Source of the DNA: Eledone cirrhosa
Taxonomy: Eukaryota
Reading direction: 5' to 3'
Assembly (NCBI GenBank): GCA_964016885.1
Contig: OZ024746.1
Location: 25,668,001 to 25,732,000, forward strand
DNA: 64,000 bases
Under the pieces are notes generated by a model. The model ran no database searches and was not told the origin of the DNA. It saw only the letters and a list, made by a program, of their open reading frames with translations. The translations under genes and the position numbers were made by a program. Below, piece after piece: positions 42,001 through 53,002 of the stretch. The number at the start of each line of letters is the position of its first letter. Position 1 is the first letter of the stretch.

Positions 42001-43431
42001 TTTATCAGTCAACACAATCTTGTGAAAAATATATCACCTTTTTATTTGATAGCCTATGTTCAAGTGAAACATCTTGACAAACACATAAGATAGATGGACG
42101 TGTGAGTAGGACAGAGTTATAAATATTTATTTTCATCAAGTGGAAAAAGAAGTGGGGAAGTTAATGTGTTGGATGTAATAAATAATAAGTGATGTAATAG
42201 TTGTTACAGCTCACACCTATACAGGCTCAGTGAGGTTGTATATGATAGGTTTCTTGGGTGTTTTAATGACAGGACCCAGATATCATATTGTTGTGGTTAT
42301 AACACAAATCTATGTATGTTTAGCTAACTTTCAACAAGGTTAAATAAACCTCTCAAAGGAGGTTTCTCAGGTGTTCAATGAAAGGGGTCTCATTCCGATC
42401 ATTAAATTATTGTCCCTGCTCACACTTATACAGTTTAGTTGGCTCCATATAAAATTGCATCTCACAGGAAGTTTCTCTGGTGTTTTCTCATGTTGTTGTT
42501 GTTACAGTTCACACCTGTGTAGGTTTAGAAACATTTGAGTGACTTTCGTCAAATCAGACCGAGGAAACAATGTTTCCATTGGTCTTTCTAATTGCTAATC
42601 CTATCTATCGGTCACAACTCCAGGTAGAAGGAAAAACATGAACTAAAGTGTCTTGCTCAAGGACATAGCACATTGCCTGGTCCATGAATCGAACTCACAA
42701 CCTTACGATTGCGAATCCAATTCTCTAACCACTCAGCCACGCGCCTATGTAGGTTTATCTGACCTTATATAAGGTTGCATCTCATTGGAGGTTTTTCAGG
42801 CATTTTAATGATTGCAGGGTTCAGTCATGTTGTTTTTGTAGTTACAGCTCACATCTATTTAGGTTAACCTGGCTACCTTTAACTGTATCAATTAAGGGTT
42901 TTTGGGGGGATTTTAATGATAAAGGGCCCAGTCATATCATGTTATTACAGCTAACACTTATGCAAGTTTAGATAGTCTCCTATGATGCTGCATCTCATAG
43001 AAGGTTCCTTGGGTGTTTTAATGACAAGGAACCCAGTCCTACCATAAAAAATAACACAGAATAAAGCATCTTGCTCAAGAACACAACATGCTGCCCAGTC
43101 CAGGAACTGAACCCCTGATCTTATAATTGTGGGTCCAACTCCCCACTCCTAAGCCATGTGCCTTGTGATGTCCCAGCTTTCCCAAAACAAGAAAAATATT
43201 TACTTACCATTTTACATTTGTCTATAGCACAATCTTTTAAAGAACATTGGTGGTCATCATACCAAAATGGACATTTTTTATTCAAATTTACCTGTAAATG
43301 ATATTATTTCATAGTAAAAGCAACTTGGAAGGAAATCCTCTAAAAATTTACAGGATACTTTTAAATTAAGGACTTATATATATATATATATATATATATA
43401 TAATGTATATATATATAATGTATATATATAC

Positions 43432-43501
<70 letters not shown>

Positions 43502-43594
43502 GTATATATATATATATATGTATGTATATATATATATATATATGTATGTATATATATATATATATGTATGTATATATATATATATATATGTATG

Positions 43595-43625
<31 letters not shown>

Positions 43626-43643
43626 ATATATATATATATATAT

Positions 43644-43702
<59 letters not shown>

Positions 43703-43749
43703 CATACATATATATATATATATATACATACATATATATATATATATAC

Positions 43750-43790
<41 letters not shown>

Positions 43791-43806
43791 TATACATATA
43801 TATACA

Positions 43807-43840
<34 letters not shown>

Positions 43841-44005
43841 CATATATATATACATATATATACATATATATACATATATATACATATATATACATATATA
43901 TACATATATATACATACATATATATATATATATATACATATATATACATACATATATATATATATATATACATATATATACATACATATATATATATATA
44001 TATAC

Positions 44006-44038
<33 letters not shown>

Positions 44039-44105
44039 CATATATATACATATATATATATATATATACATACATATATATACATATATATATATATATA
44101 CATAC

Positions 44106-44138
<33 letters not shown>

Positions 44139-44227
44139 CATATATATACATATATATATATATATATACATACATATATATACATATATATATATATATA
44201 TACATACATATATATACATATATATAC

Positions 44228-44306
<79 letters not shown>

Positions 44307-44343
44307 CATATATATATATACATATATATACATATATATATAC

Positions 44344-44374
<31 letters not shown>

Positions 44375-44439
44375 CATATATATACATACATATATATATA
44401 TATACATATATATACATATATATATATACATATATATAC

Positions 44440-44490
<51 letters not shown>

Positions 44491-44765
44491 AAGCTTGTTT
44501 CTTTCCCCTACGGTTAGCTATACTCTTTGTTGTTCTCCTGTCTCACTCGCTTTACGCGTTTTAATTGTCCTAATAACTTATTTTGGTTATTATTGCACCG
44601 ACGTGAGATATATGATTTTTAATGCAATGAAATATCTATGATCTTCGGCAAATCACTGATGAGGGACTTATTTTATTACATGTTATCCATGTGCTACCTG
44701 CAGTATTTTTCTATATATATATATATGTATATATATACATATATGTATATATATATATATATTAC

Positions 44766-44858
<93 letters not shown>

Positions 44859-47800
44859 ACATATATATATATATATATATATATATTACATATATATATA
44901 TATTACATATATATATATATATATATTACATATATATATATATTACATATGTATATATATTACATATATATATATATTACATATATATATATATATTACA
45001 TACACACAGTCAATGACACACGACCGTGACTTCTGGCGTCACGCAGTAATACAGGGTACCCATATAAACAATATGCCCCCCCCCCCCCCCCCACCGCAAG
45101 GTGGTCGTGGAGGTGCCACGGCAAAAAAGCACCCAGCCCACACTGTAAAGTGGACGTGTAGGCGCCACGAAAAAGCACCCAGCACTCACTGTAAATGAGG
45201 TTGGTGTTAGGAAGGGCATCCAGCTGTAGAAATCAAGCCAGATCAGTTCCTGTATGAGCAAGGCATGGTCAGCCGACCAGACACTGCCCACAACAGGACA
45301 ACCCGTCTAACCCATGCTAGCGTGGAAGAACGGACGTAAAACGGTGATGATGATGATGATGATATATATATATAAAGGATATGGATTAACAAGGATTTAA
45401 ATTAAATCATTTAATTGATTTATGACCATTTCATTAAAATAACTGGAATATTCCATTCCATCAGAATCAATTAAATATCCAGAGTCGGGCCAGATCGATA
45501 CAGATTGAACCTTAAACTGATCAATAGCGAAACACGCATCACCAATCAATAAACGTAATGAAGGCTTAACAAATGGTCCTTGTATTATATATATATATAA
45601 CGGAGGAAATGTGGTAAGGAACCAGGTGGACCATAACGCACCAAAGTACTCAATACTTGGGGTAGTAGAGTGGGTAATAGGAACCAGTAAGACCCCGACG
45701 GCTGAGCTCAAGCCGTCGGGGTCTTACTGGTTCCTATTATATATATATATATCATCATTGTTTAATGCTTATTTTTCATGTTTGCATGGATTAGATAGAT
45801 TGTCATGTTATGAGGTTAGACATAACTGACAACCTGTCTCCCCTTCACTGTCTCTCTCTATATATACACACACACAAACAAACACAGATAATGATGAAAT
45901 TATTGTGTAAAGTGCTCAGGTGCACTACAACTCGTCAATATAGTACATAGAATAATACACAAATGTCAGGGAAGTACATGTGTGTATGTGTTAACTGTTC
46001 TGTTGGCGGATCTCGGGAAGCATGGAGGCCTTAAAGGATGCAGTGTCTCGACAGCTAACAACTGATGCAGGTAGTTTGTTCCATGCTTCAGCAACTCTGA
46101 GCGTGAAAAAATGTTTCCGAAAGTCATGGGAACTGTGCTGTTTTCTTACTTTGTGGGTATAGATAGACACTCTATTACTGGCTTCAGTTATTAAACTGCA
46201 GTCATTAGAGAACACCACTTTGAAGGGATTTAGTTGATCATATCATCCATAGTACATTTTTCTTTTTCAAGTTTGATACATATTTCATCAATCACATTTT
46301 GTCAAACTGTTAAGTTATGGGGCATAAACATAGTTATCCTTTAACTGCTGGTTGAGGTCATAGTTTATTACCGTATTCCTTTATTACTATAGTAACTTGT
46401 GAAGGCATGTGGCCTTGTGGTTAGCATGTAGGGCAAACAGTCATAAGATCACTATCTTCAAAGCCATCCACATGACCCAACATTTTCTCACCTGAGGCAG
46501 CATGACTCACACCCATTCCTATCGATGTCTCCCCAGTGATGATGCTATGATAAATATAAACCCAGACCTGTATGTAAAGTGGTAGTGCTGATACCATGAA
46601 GAAAAGCACCCAGTTAGTACTGTAGGCCTGTAGTGCTGGAGCTACAAAAAACCACTCAGTCCCTCCTGTAATGTGGTAGTGATGAAGTTATGATAAAAGG
46701 CTCCCAGGACATGCTGTAAAGTGGTTGGAGTTAGGAAGGGCATCCAACTGAAGAAATCAAGCCAAAATATACAAGACATGGTTACCTGATTAGTTGAGCC
46801 TCAAAACGTGGCAACCTGTCTAGCCCATGCAAGCATGGAAAATAGATGTTAATTGGTGATGATGATGATATATGAGGGTAGGCTGAAAATTTCATAGGCT
46901 AACTATGGAGGAGTGATGGTGGAGCTGTGAAATCTTGCATGCATTAATTTCAACTCTTCTTAATAACTGCAATGTTTTTTTCCAAGGACTATGTTGAAAA
47001 ATAAACGTCATTTGGTCATTCCATGAGAGCATCTTGGTCAGCCTATGAACTTTTCAGCTGACCCCTGTATACAACCAAGATATATATCATCATCGTTTAA
47101 TGTCAACTTTTCATGTTAAATATATATATACATATATAACCAATATATGAACAATTTATATACTTACTTTGAAGTATCTGAAGTAATTTGTTTTGAGAAT
47201 ATTTTGTAATAATGGTTGTAATCGAAGATTATTGAAAAAGTCAACATTTTCAACTTTGCATTCACAATCATCAACAGTTCCAGACAACTACAAATAGAAA
47301 ATGGAATTTACCAAGCCATAAAAAAAAGACTACATTTACATGAAATAACTTTTTAAAAACAACTTGTTCAGGAATAAAGTATATGGAATTCTCTAGAGAT
47401 CAATAAAAACCAAACTCACCAATCAGGTAAATGTATTGATTGTTGTATTGATAAAGTGATACTTACAGCCATGAAAAGCAATATACTAACAACTTGTCAG
47501 TCAACTTGAAAGTAATATTTACAGATAAACATAATTTATTATCATATACTGACCCCCCCGCCTCCTCATCCACCGACATCATTCTCAAAGACATACTCTT
47601 GCATTCTTCTTACTTTTGGTCACCACTCCTCTTCTATTCTTACTTTAGGTCACGTTTGTCTTGAAAGAACATCATGTCTCTAGTAACATGATACATATTC
47701 TGTCTTTGTATATGGATGGCAAATTTGCAGAGTTGTTAGAGTGTATTTGTTCTGGCTTTCTACGCCCTGAGTTAAAATTTTACTATGGTCAACTTTGCCT

Positions 47801-50800
47801 TTCATACTAGTCCAGAGGCAGTGTATTGGTGGAATTGTTAATGATTCTGATGGGATGCTTTGTAGTACCTGTTCAGGCTCTGAGTGTTCTGAGTTGAAAA
47901 CCCTGCACCCATCTACCAGAAGGCAGATGTATCAGGAATGGAAAGACCAATGATCTGTCAAAAACATTCTTAAATCTTTATTTAGAATTCATGGAACACA
48001 AATGTAAGACAAAAAAAGGTGAGGTGGGGCAGGAATGTTCTAAAACTGCTTTCATCCACTTGTTTCTATCTGGGTGGGTATATGCATATAGTTGAAATGT
48101 TTTTTATCATACGTCTACTCAACAAGGAGCATACCTTTGGCCAAACAACAACCATATTCATTATCATGACTAGTCAGTGAGTTAACCCTTTCTTTACCAT
48201 ATTTCAAATGAAAGACACTGCTTATGATTTCAAATAAATTTGAAAATAATCAAGAATTTGGAAGAATTTAAGTAATATGACTAACTTTCTCATTATTAAG
48301 CTGGTGTTTGGAACATAACTTAAGGAAAGTTCTTACATAAAATTATGTTGGAAGCTGTTTAGACAAATATATATACTTTAAAATAAACATGTTTGTATCA
48401 TAGAACCAAGGGCAGTCTAGTATAAAAAAAAATAAAGTAAAATCAGTGTTTAGAACAGTGATTCCCAACATATGGTAAGCAGACCCACTGAGAGTACATG
48501 AGCTGGTTAGCTAGACAGACCTTTCAAAAATGTTTAAATAAAAAGGGATCCTTGGTAGTGAAAAGGTTGGGAGCTATTGGTTTAGAACACATCGTGTTGA
48601 TATTTAGAAGACGTGATATGTTGAAGTTAATTTTGCTGTTGGTCAATCTACATTATAAGTTTAGTTTTGACTATTGATATCTCTGGTATAGAAATTAACA
48701 CCACCATGGTTCTCTGTTTGTTACAATTGCCTAGAGAACAGTTAAATGAGGGTGACAAAGAGGCAGATAAAGAAAATGCTGATTTCACATCATCACGGAC
48801 TGGACAGGTCTCAACACTGAAACTCTTCTGTGTATGACAGAGATCAAAAGTAATTGCTGATGGCCAGAACACATATAATGGCCACTCCCAACAAATGGCT
48901 ACAGTAGTTACAAGAAGATGATGATTGATGTCTAAAATTGTTTTAAATTGTTCATCAAATATAGACAAATATAGAGTGGAATGGAATGGCCATCAATCAG
49001 TTTTCATGATGAGCGTTCCAGTTGTTTGATCAATCGGATAGCCTGCTTGTGAAATTAACATTTAAGTGGCTAAGCATTCCACAAACATGTGTACCCTTAA
49101 TGTAATTCTCAGAGAGATTCAACATGACACTGTGTGACAAGGATGGCTCTTTGAATTGCAAGTACATTTCCAAATATCTTCCGTCAACCTTAGTTGGGTC
49201 AACCCAAGGCTAAGGTAAATGATACACAAGATGTCATGAAGTGGGTTTGAACTCAGGATCCAACGATTATGAAGTGAACTTCTGAACCTTTCAGCATCCA
49301 AATAAACAAATGTAGAATATTAGTAAATGCCATTATCAAAATGTTGTATACTTCTCAATTTTTGTGAGATTAAACCCAAAGTTTATCCCCCCTCCACCCC
49401 ACTCACTTGTAATAACCTGCTGAGAACATTGCTCATAACGTGAGACTTTTTCCGTCTGGCTTGTGTCATTTTTAAACTACCACTATTACTCACTGAAGAA
49501 CAAATACTACATTAATAGTCTACTGGATTGTCATTCTATTTACTTTTACTACTTTAAACATAGTTTAAACGCTAAGGCAGACAAACTTGTATTTCTTCTT
49601 TTTATTCATGTTAAATATTTGCAGGGCATAAACACACATACAGACACATTCAGTAGGTCTTTCCAGCCCCATAAAACTAGAAAATATATCTAGCCATCCA
49701 CCTTCTCTTCTCCACCAACAATAAATTTATCTCAACAGTGGCAGGCATGGAAAATATGCGTTAACAATGATGATGATGTGCTCCCCATCTATCTCTTGCT
49801 ACATCCCTGATACATCTTTCCTGTTCAACCTATGCATGCATGTAAAGCTTGACATGCTCCACAATATACTATCAAATGCAAATCACTCTTCAAGGTCACC
49901 CTTTTAATATGTCACTTGCTATTCCAGGTGAAAGGTGTTGTGCTAGTGCCATGACAAAATAAGCACCCAGTACATCCTACAAAGTGGTCATACTGGTGCC
50001 ACAATGAAAAGCAGCCAGCCCATCTTGTAAGTTGGTAGTGGTGGTGTCATGAGAAAACCTCCTGTTACATGCTGTAATGTGCCTGGCATTTGAAAGGGCA
50101 TCCAGCTGTAAAAAATCAGACCCAAAATGGAGCAAGACATGGTCACATGAAATGTCTGGCTTTATAACATAATAACTTGCCTAACCTATGCAAGTATACA
50201 AAATAGACATTAAATGATGATGAATGCATTGTGAATTAAATTTGGAAGACAGGAATTTCACAGGCCAATCGTGTGTGTGTCCCCAGTAACTTAATGTTTT
50301 GACGAAATAAAGAAAAGAAAAAGAGATTGATAAAATAACAAGTCCCAGACTTGAATTAAAAAAAAATACTGAAGGTTGATACACACGATTAAGTCCCTTC
50401 AAAGCAGTGCCCGAGCATGGTCGCAGTCTAATGACTGATATCAGTAATACCGAAGCCATTAAACAGGCGCATATTTTATTTTATTTTTATTGTAAAACTG
50501 TCAATATATGTCGGAGTCAACACAGGTGAATTTAGAACATTATCAACAACCCTAAACCTTTTTGTCACCATATTTCTAATGAAACTTACTGTCCATGTGT
50601 TTCAATTGACTCTGAATATAATCAAATATTTGGAGGAATTTTGTAATATAACTTTATTGTTATAAAGCTGGTGTTTGGAATATAACTTAACAAAGGTTCT
50701 TACATAAAATCATGTTGGAAGGTTTTTAGATAAATATAAACACTTCAGACAAAAACAGAATCAGGTGATTTCAGGTGTGTTGGTATGAAAAGTGTTAATG

Positions 50801-53002
50801 CTATATCGTGTTTTTAGCAATAAATATCATCTAACAAGGTAGTAGTAGTAGGTAAAAGAAGGCCGGGAATATGGAGTTACAACTGAATAGGGCCTCATCA
50901 CCACCACCACAAAGTCTTATCAATTAGGGAATGAAGCTGAAGAGGGGAACAGAAGGTGCAGTATATTCATATAAGGGTGTCTATCGAACATGAGAATGGA
51001 ATTATCATAACCGTTTCTAATTTAGGCACAAGTTCAGTAATCTAAAGAAAGGGTTAGTAGATTATATGTACCACAGTATTTGATTGGTACTTTATATTTC
51101 ATTGATGAAATAAATAATACTGATAACAGCCGTTTTAATTTAAGAATAAGGCCAGTAATTTGGTGGAAGGGAAATATATTAAATCGACCCCAGTACTTAA
51201 ATTGTACTTTATATTATCGGCCCAAGAAGGAACATAATAATATTAGATAGATGACTTAATCATTATCGGATTATCAATGGAAAATTTAATTCTTTTATTA
51301 CTAAGTCATTTTTGAACATTTTTTTTTCAATATTGTACGGAACAAGTTAGATTTCATCTTAATTGCTGCCTATTAACATTAACACGTAATTAAATCGTGG
51401 ATGAGTCATATTAGCCATTCAAAAACTGTTAATTTCACTTAACGTTTATCATTCATTTATCATCATCATCGTTCTTTATACGTCCACTTCTCCATGCTAA
51501 CATGGGTTGAACGGGATGTGTTAAACAATCTTTTACAGCAGAATGTCCTTCCAGACATCAACCTTTTTAGTGGTCTTTTATGATAAGCAGGGATACGGTG
51601 TATTTTCTAAAAAAAAAAAAAAAACGAGATACACACTACAATTACTTCTTAGTGTCAAAATTTTCCTCGCGTTGTTTACGACCTGGACACTAATGCAGGT
51701 ACACCGCAACTCGGCATTAAAAAGGTGCTTATATTTCCACTTGATTATATTTTGGCTAGATCCAATTGTGACACGAACCAAATCAACAGGAAACATGTAG
51801 CTGATTGCTTAACCGATTTCATACCAAACCGCCCCGAAACCACACTATTCATCCTAAAGTGTTTATATTTATCTTAAAACTTTCCATCACAATTTTAAGT
51901 AAGAACCATTAAGTTATGTTCCAAACACCAGATTAGTAATGAAAAAGTTAGTTATAAACTAAATCCCCGAAAATTCTTATTTTCAAAATGATTTGAAAAT
52001 CATAGACAGTGTCATTTCTGAGAAATATGGCAAGGAAAAGGTTACGTTGGGGTTTTCTTTCTTTTCTCCGATAAAGATCCGCTAAGACTTGTTGAACAAG
52101 AACGATCAAATTCTTGTCCCAGGTGCTTTAACATTCGGGGGTACGCTTACTCAATCAATTGATTGCTAATTTCAGGCATATATAGATTGATTAAAACAAA
52201 CAATAATTATATATAATGTTGTTAAATAGAGATTTGTACCGCCCACAAAGCTACCAGACGAGCCCCCGATCCATATCAATTTATAGAAATATTTTAAGAT
52301 AAAATCTAAAAAACTATCAACAATTGGTTTTGTCGAAAATCCAATGCACTGATGATGCTAGATTTTAATTCGTTGTTTTTGATCTACAGAAAACATATTT
52401 AGAGGTAACTGAGTCAGTATATAGATAATATTTTATATATAACATTTTCTTTTTAATGTTTAATTTAGTGGGAATTTATTAAGAATTACCGTATAGATAT
52501 AAGGTGCAGCTTATCATCGTTCTAAATACCTCTACGTGGTGACTCGACCTACTAGGAATAACAGTCAAATAAACCTTTTTTAACTCACGCCCTACTGTTT
52601 TGTAAAAGTAAAGGATGTGTTTGGATAATGTAGTGCTAAAAAGTCAGGGTTGTCATGAATGGCATGTATTTGATCATATGTTTGCTCAATGTAGACTGAC
52701 CTAGGGTTAAACAACAACAGCAATAGGGACCACAGAATGGTAAACAGTAACAATAGGTTGAATGTTTGCCTGGGATATAATATGTTAGTTAAATTAAAAA
52801 GGTGATTGTATATGTAATAGGTAAGTAGGAAAAATAATTAAATAATTGTTTGTGTTTTTACCTTACAAAAACACCCTTGGGCAGCATCTTTCTTCGCCTG
52901 AATATTTTTCCCGGTAATGTTAGCTTTAGCGTTGGGAAGTTCTGTTAGATATATCAAAATAAATATTTGGTAGCAGATCACTAGAAAACTATAATTCTTC
53001 AT
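19862..53002 (-). CDS. ERO1: ERO1-like endoplasmic reticulum oxidoreductin, 16 coding exons, 471 aa
   Basis: Exons in transcript order: 53002-52862, 47287-47168, 43291-43208, 40673-40617, 39528-39455, 39067-38994, 37517-37397, 34974-34931, 31166-31152, 25255-25163, 23819-23653, 23341-23265, 21457-21388, 20987-20901, 20723-20584, 19913-19862. All junctions are GT-AG (1416 nt). The product has a hydrophobic signal peptide, [25 protein letters not shown] shuttle site, [46 protein letters not shown], the [23 protein letters not shown] CxxCxxC active site and GTALKILF. Confidence 0.96.
20584..20723 (-). CDS. ERO1: ERO1 exon 15 ([13 protein letters not shown]...[11 protein letters not shown])
   Basis: ccctag| ... 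|gtttgt, 140 nt. Confidence 0.95.
20901..20987 (-). CDS. ERO1: ERO1 exon 14 ([29 protein letters not shown])
   Basis: tttcag| ... |gtaagt, 87 nt; CxxCxxC. Confidence 0.97.
21388..21457 (-). CDS. ERO1: ERO1 exon 13 ([23 protein letters not shown])
   Basis: tttcag| ... |gtatgg, 70 nt. Confidence 0.93.
23265..23341 (-). CDS. ERO1: ERO1 exon 12 ([11 protein letters not shown]...LDTVR)
   Basis: ttcaag| ... |gtaagt, 77 nt. Confidence 0.92.
23653..23819 (-). CDS. ERO1: ERO1 exon 11 (TIYKPSSWG...[24 protein letters not shown])
   Basis: ttttag| ... |gtaaat, 167 nt. Confidence 0.95.
25163..25255 (-). CDS. ERO1: ERO1 exon 10 ([30 protein letters not shown])
   Basis: ctttag| ... |gtacct, 93 nt. Confidence 0.95.
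26114..26307. repeat. Degenerate inverted repeat between (TA)n tracts
   Basis: ggaattgaaatag..aagctt..gactaaata..tctaataatg.ggc.tataaacc mirrored by ggtttata.gcc.cattattaga..tatttagtc..aagctt..ctatttcaattcc. Confidence 0.65.
26838..26932. repeat. Short imperfect palindrome with a hammerhead-like motif, next to (TA)n
   Basis: CTGATGA (26882-26888) tTCT ccaatt AGAt GAAA CTAG; the left arm cagtgactaaccagtttcatct mirrors the right arm. Confidence 0.55.
27874..27994 (+). repeat. 40-bp tandem repeat x3 with a palindromic core
   Basis: tattctgaaggattaca GGAATATATATTCC agagtgagg. Confidence 0.9.
29575..30030. mobile_element. piggyBac-type MITE (TTAA|CCCTTT...AAAGGG|TTAA), representative copy with internal duplication
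   Basis: Intact termini here. Homologous copies or fragments lie near 1687-1867, 5450-5670, 18243-18465, 24771-24990, 25450-25717, 28151, 33365-33490, 34230-34760, 39110-39366, 48182-48420, 50555-50797, 51810-52045 and 63400-63870. Confidence 0.75.
30378..30930. repeat. Degenerate (GGT/GAT/GTT/AGT)n trinucleotide low-complexity tract
   Basis: Direct reading; contains a 57-bp internal duplication (tgtgggagtgttggcagtgaaataggtgggcgtggtggtagtgttg). Confidence 0.9.
31152..31166 (-). CDS. ERO1: ERO1 exon 9, 15-nt microexon (GDQLE)
   Basis: ttctaatgttttcag|GCGATCAATTAGAAG|gtaaaa; symmetric phase 1; restores the family xLEGxC context. Confidence 0.72.
31440..31895. repeat. Inverted repeat plus a downstream direct copy of the right arm
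   Basis: taaattcactttacatttat...tgtcaaaattttca pairs with tgaaaattttgaca...ataaatgtaaagtgaattta; tcagtgatcaggt.gcaa recurs at about 31560 and 31831. Confidence 0.6.
32070..32615 (+). mobile_element. Degenerate RTE 3' fragment
   Basis: [26 protein letters not shown]; homologous to 56088-56600. Confidence 0.75.
33640..33945 (+). repeat. Degenerate tandem repeat of about 85-90 bp, x3.5
   Basis: gattttaccaatacctcaccactttgattagtg...tagtgggac.tggttatgaagtagaat.attctaca...gaggtatt. Confidence 0.8.
34931..34974 (-). CDS. ERO1: ERO1 exon 8 ([14 protein letters not shown])
   Basis: poly-Y atccag| ... G|gtatgt, 44 nt; phase 2 to 1 bridges exon 7 to exons 9/10; variable loop. Confidence 0.8.
35181..35509 (+). 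mobile_element. Short 5'-truncated copy of the same LINE (3' UTR only)
   Basis: Nearly identical to about 8739-9080, including the internal duplication and (ATT)n tail. Confidence 0.9.
36199..36471 (+). mobile_element. LINE 3'-tail copy nested inside a SINE
   Basis: Matches about 8780-9075; the SINE head precedes it (ttggcaagat...) and the SINE body resumes at ttctgagttcaaa. Confidence 0.85.
37397..37517 (-). CDS. ERO1: ERO1 exon 7 ([23 protein letters not shown]...YNENCFK)
   Basis: atgtag| ... |gtacat, 121 nt. Confidence 0.95.
37567..37875 (+). mobile_element. Second tRNA-headed SINE family, representative copy
   Basis: A-box ggcttagtggttag, B-box-like gttccattcc, core ccttgagcaagatactttatttc; minus copies at about 2940-3200, 17460-17755, 24250-24510, 42640-42745, 43060-43165, 48990-49290, 54740-54850. 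Confidence 0.75.
38488..38638 (+). mobile_element. 3' end copy of the RTE LINE
   Basis: Matches the reverse complement of 56070-56220; ends ...ggacgtaaaatgatgatgat. Confidence 0.85.
38994..39067 (-). CDS. ERO1: ERO1 exon 6 ([24 protein letters not shown])
   Basis: tttcag| ... |gtaact, 74 nt. Confidence 0.92.
39455..39528 (-). CDS. ERO1: ERO1 exon 5 ([25 protein letters not shown])
   Basis: aaacag| ... |gtaaat, 74 nt. Confidence 0.9.
40617..40673 (-). CDS. ERO1: ERO1 exon 4 ([19 protein letters not shown])
   Basis: poly-Y tcaaag| ... |gtttgt, 57 nt; EIPxGLK motif. Confidence 0.85.
42195..43045 (+). repeat. Degenerate tandem array (about 100 bp), also at 36480-36810(-) and 24085-24230
   Basis: gttacagctcacacctat.caggttta..tg.cct..ataaggttgcatctca.aggaggtttcttgggtgttttaatga.agggaccc. 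Confidence 0.75.
43208..43291 (-). CDS. ERO1: ERO1 exon 3 ([28 protein letters not shown])
   Basis: ttacag| ... |gtaagt, 84 nt. Confidence 0.95.
43376..44487. repeat. 1.1-kb interrupted (TA)n microsatellite
   Basis: TATG interruptions left of about 43635 and CATA interruptions to the right. Confidence 0.97.
44712..45002. repeat. (TA)n microsatellite with TTACA/TGTA interruptions
   Basis: Direct reading. Confidence 0.95.
45100..45363 (+). mobile_element. SINE with an RTE-like 3' tail (gttaggaagggcatccagctgtagaaa...cccatgctagcatggaa...ggacgt.aaa.gatgatgat), representative copy
   Basis: Many copies, e.g. 9540-9770, 15020-15165, 27050-27350(-), 41450-41760(-), 46580-46870, 49930-50220, 54990-55212, 55770-55990(-), 57915-58075(-), 58660-58830(-), 60190-60360. 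Confidence 0.75.
45675..45739. repeat. Perfect 29-bp-stem hairpin
   Basis: taataggaaccagtaagaccccgacggct gagctca agccgtcggggtcttactggttcctatta, followed by (TA)n. Confidence 0.92.
45891..46160 (-). mobile_element. Related CR1-type LINE 3' fragment
   Basis: [34 protein letters not shown] matches the 8620-8770 C-terminus; shares the gttgtagtgcacctgagcact..cacaataatttcat tail. Confidence 0.85.
46873..47067. mobile_element. mariner-derived MITE
   Basis: TA|tgagggtaggctgaaaatttcataggctaac ... gtcagcctatgaacttttcagctgacccctg|TA terminal inverted repeats; internal gactatgttgaaaaataa (DYVEK*) transposase end. Confidence 0.8.
47168..47287 (-). CDS. ERO1: ERO1 exon 2 ([11 protein letters not shown]...NYFRYFK)
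   Basis: ttgtag| ... |gtaagt, 120 nt. Confidence 0.95.
48456..48579. mobile_element. hAT (Charlie-like) MITE with an 8-bp target-site duplication
   Basis: GTTTAGAA|CAGTGATTCCCAAC...GTTGGGAGCTATTG|GTTTAGAA. Confidence 0.85.
52862..53002 (-). CDS. ERO1: ERO1 exon 1 ([19 protein letters not shown]...QGCFCK)
   Basis: ATG at 53002, signal-peptide-like, donor AAG|gtaaaa. Confidence 0.9.

Noticed and set aside
44656-44700. CTGATGA motif; similar isolated cores at about 10609, 11700, 17956, 22369, 37344 and 38147
   Set aside because: These lack a properly spaced stem II-GAAA-UH-stem I; the 7-mer is expected by chance in 64 kb.
43361-45198. Long YIYI/CIYM ORFs in all six frames
   Set aside because: These are translations of (TA)n microsatellite, which lacks stop codons; not genes.
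52349-52400. CTGATGA...GAAA with a TG(C)TAGAT/ATCTACA stem
   Set aside because: No stem I pairing or credible stem III; a chance match or too decayed to call.
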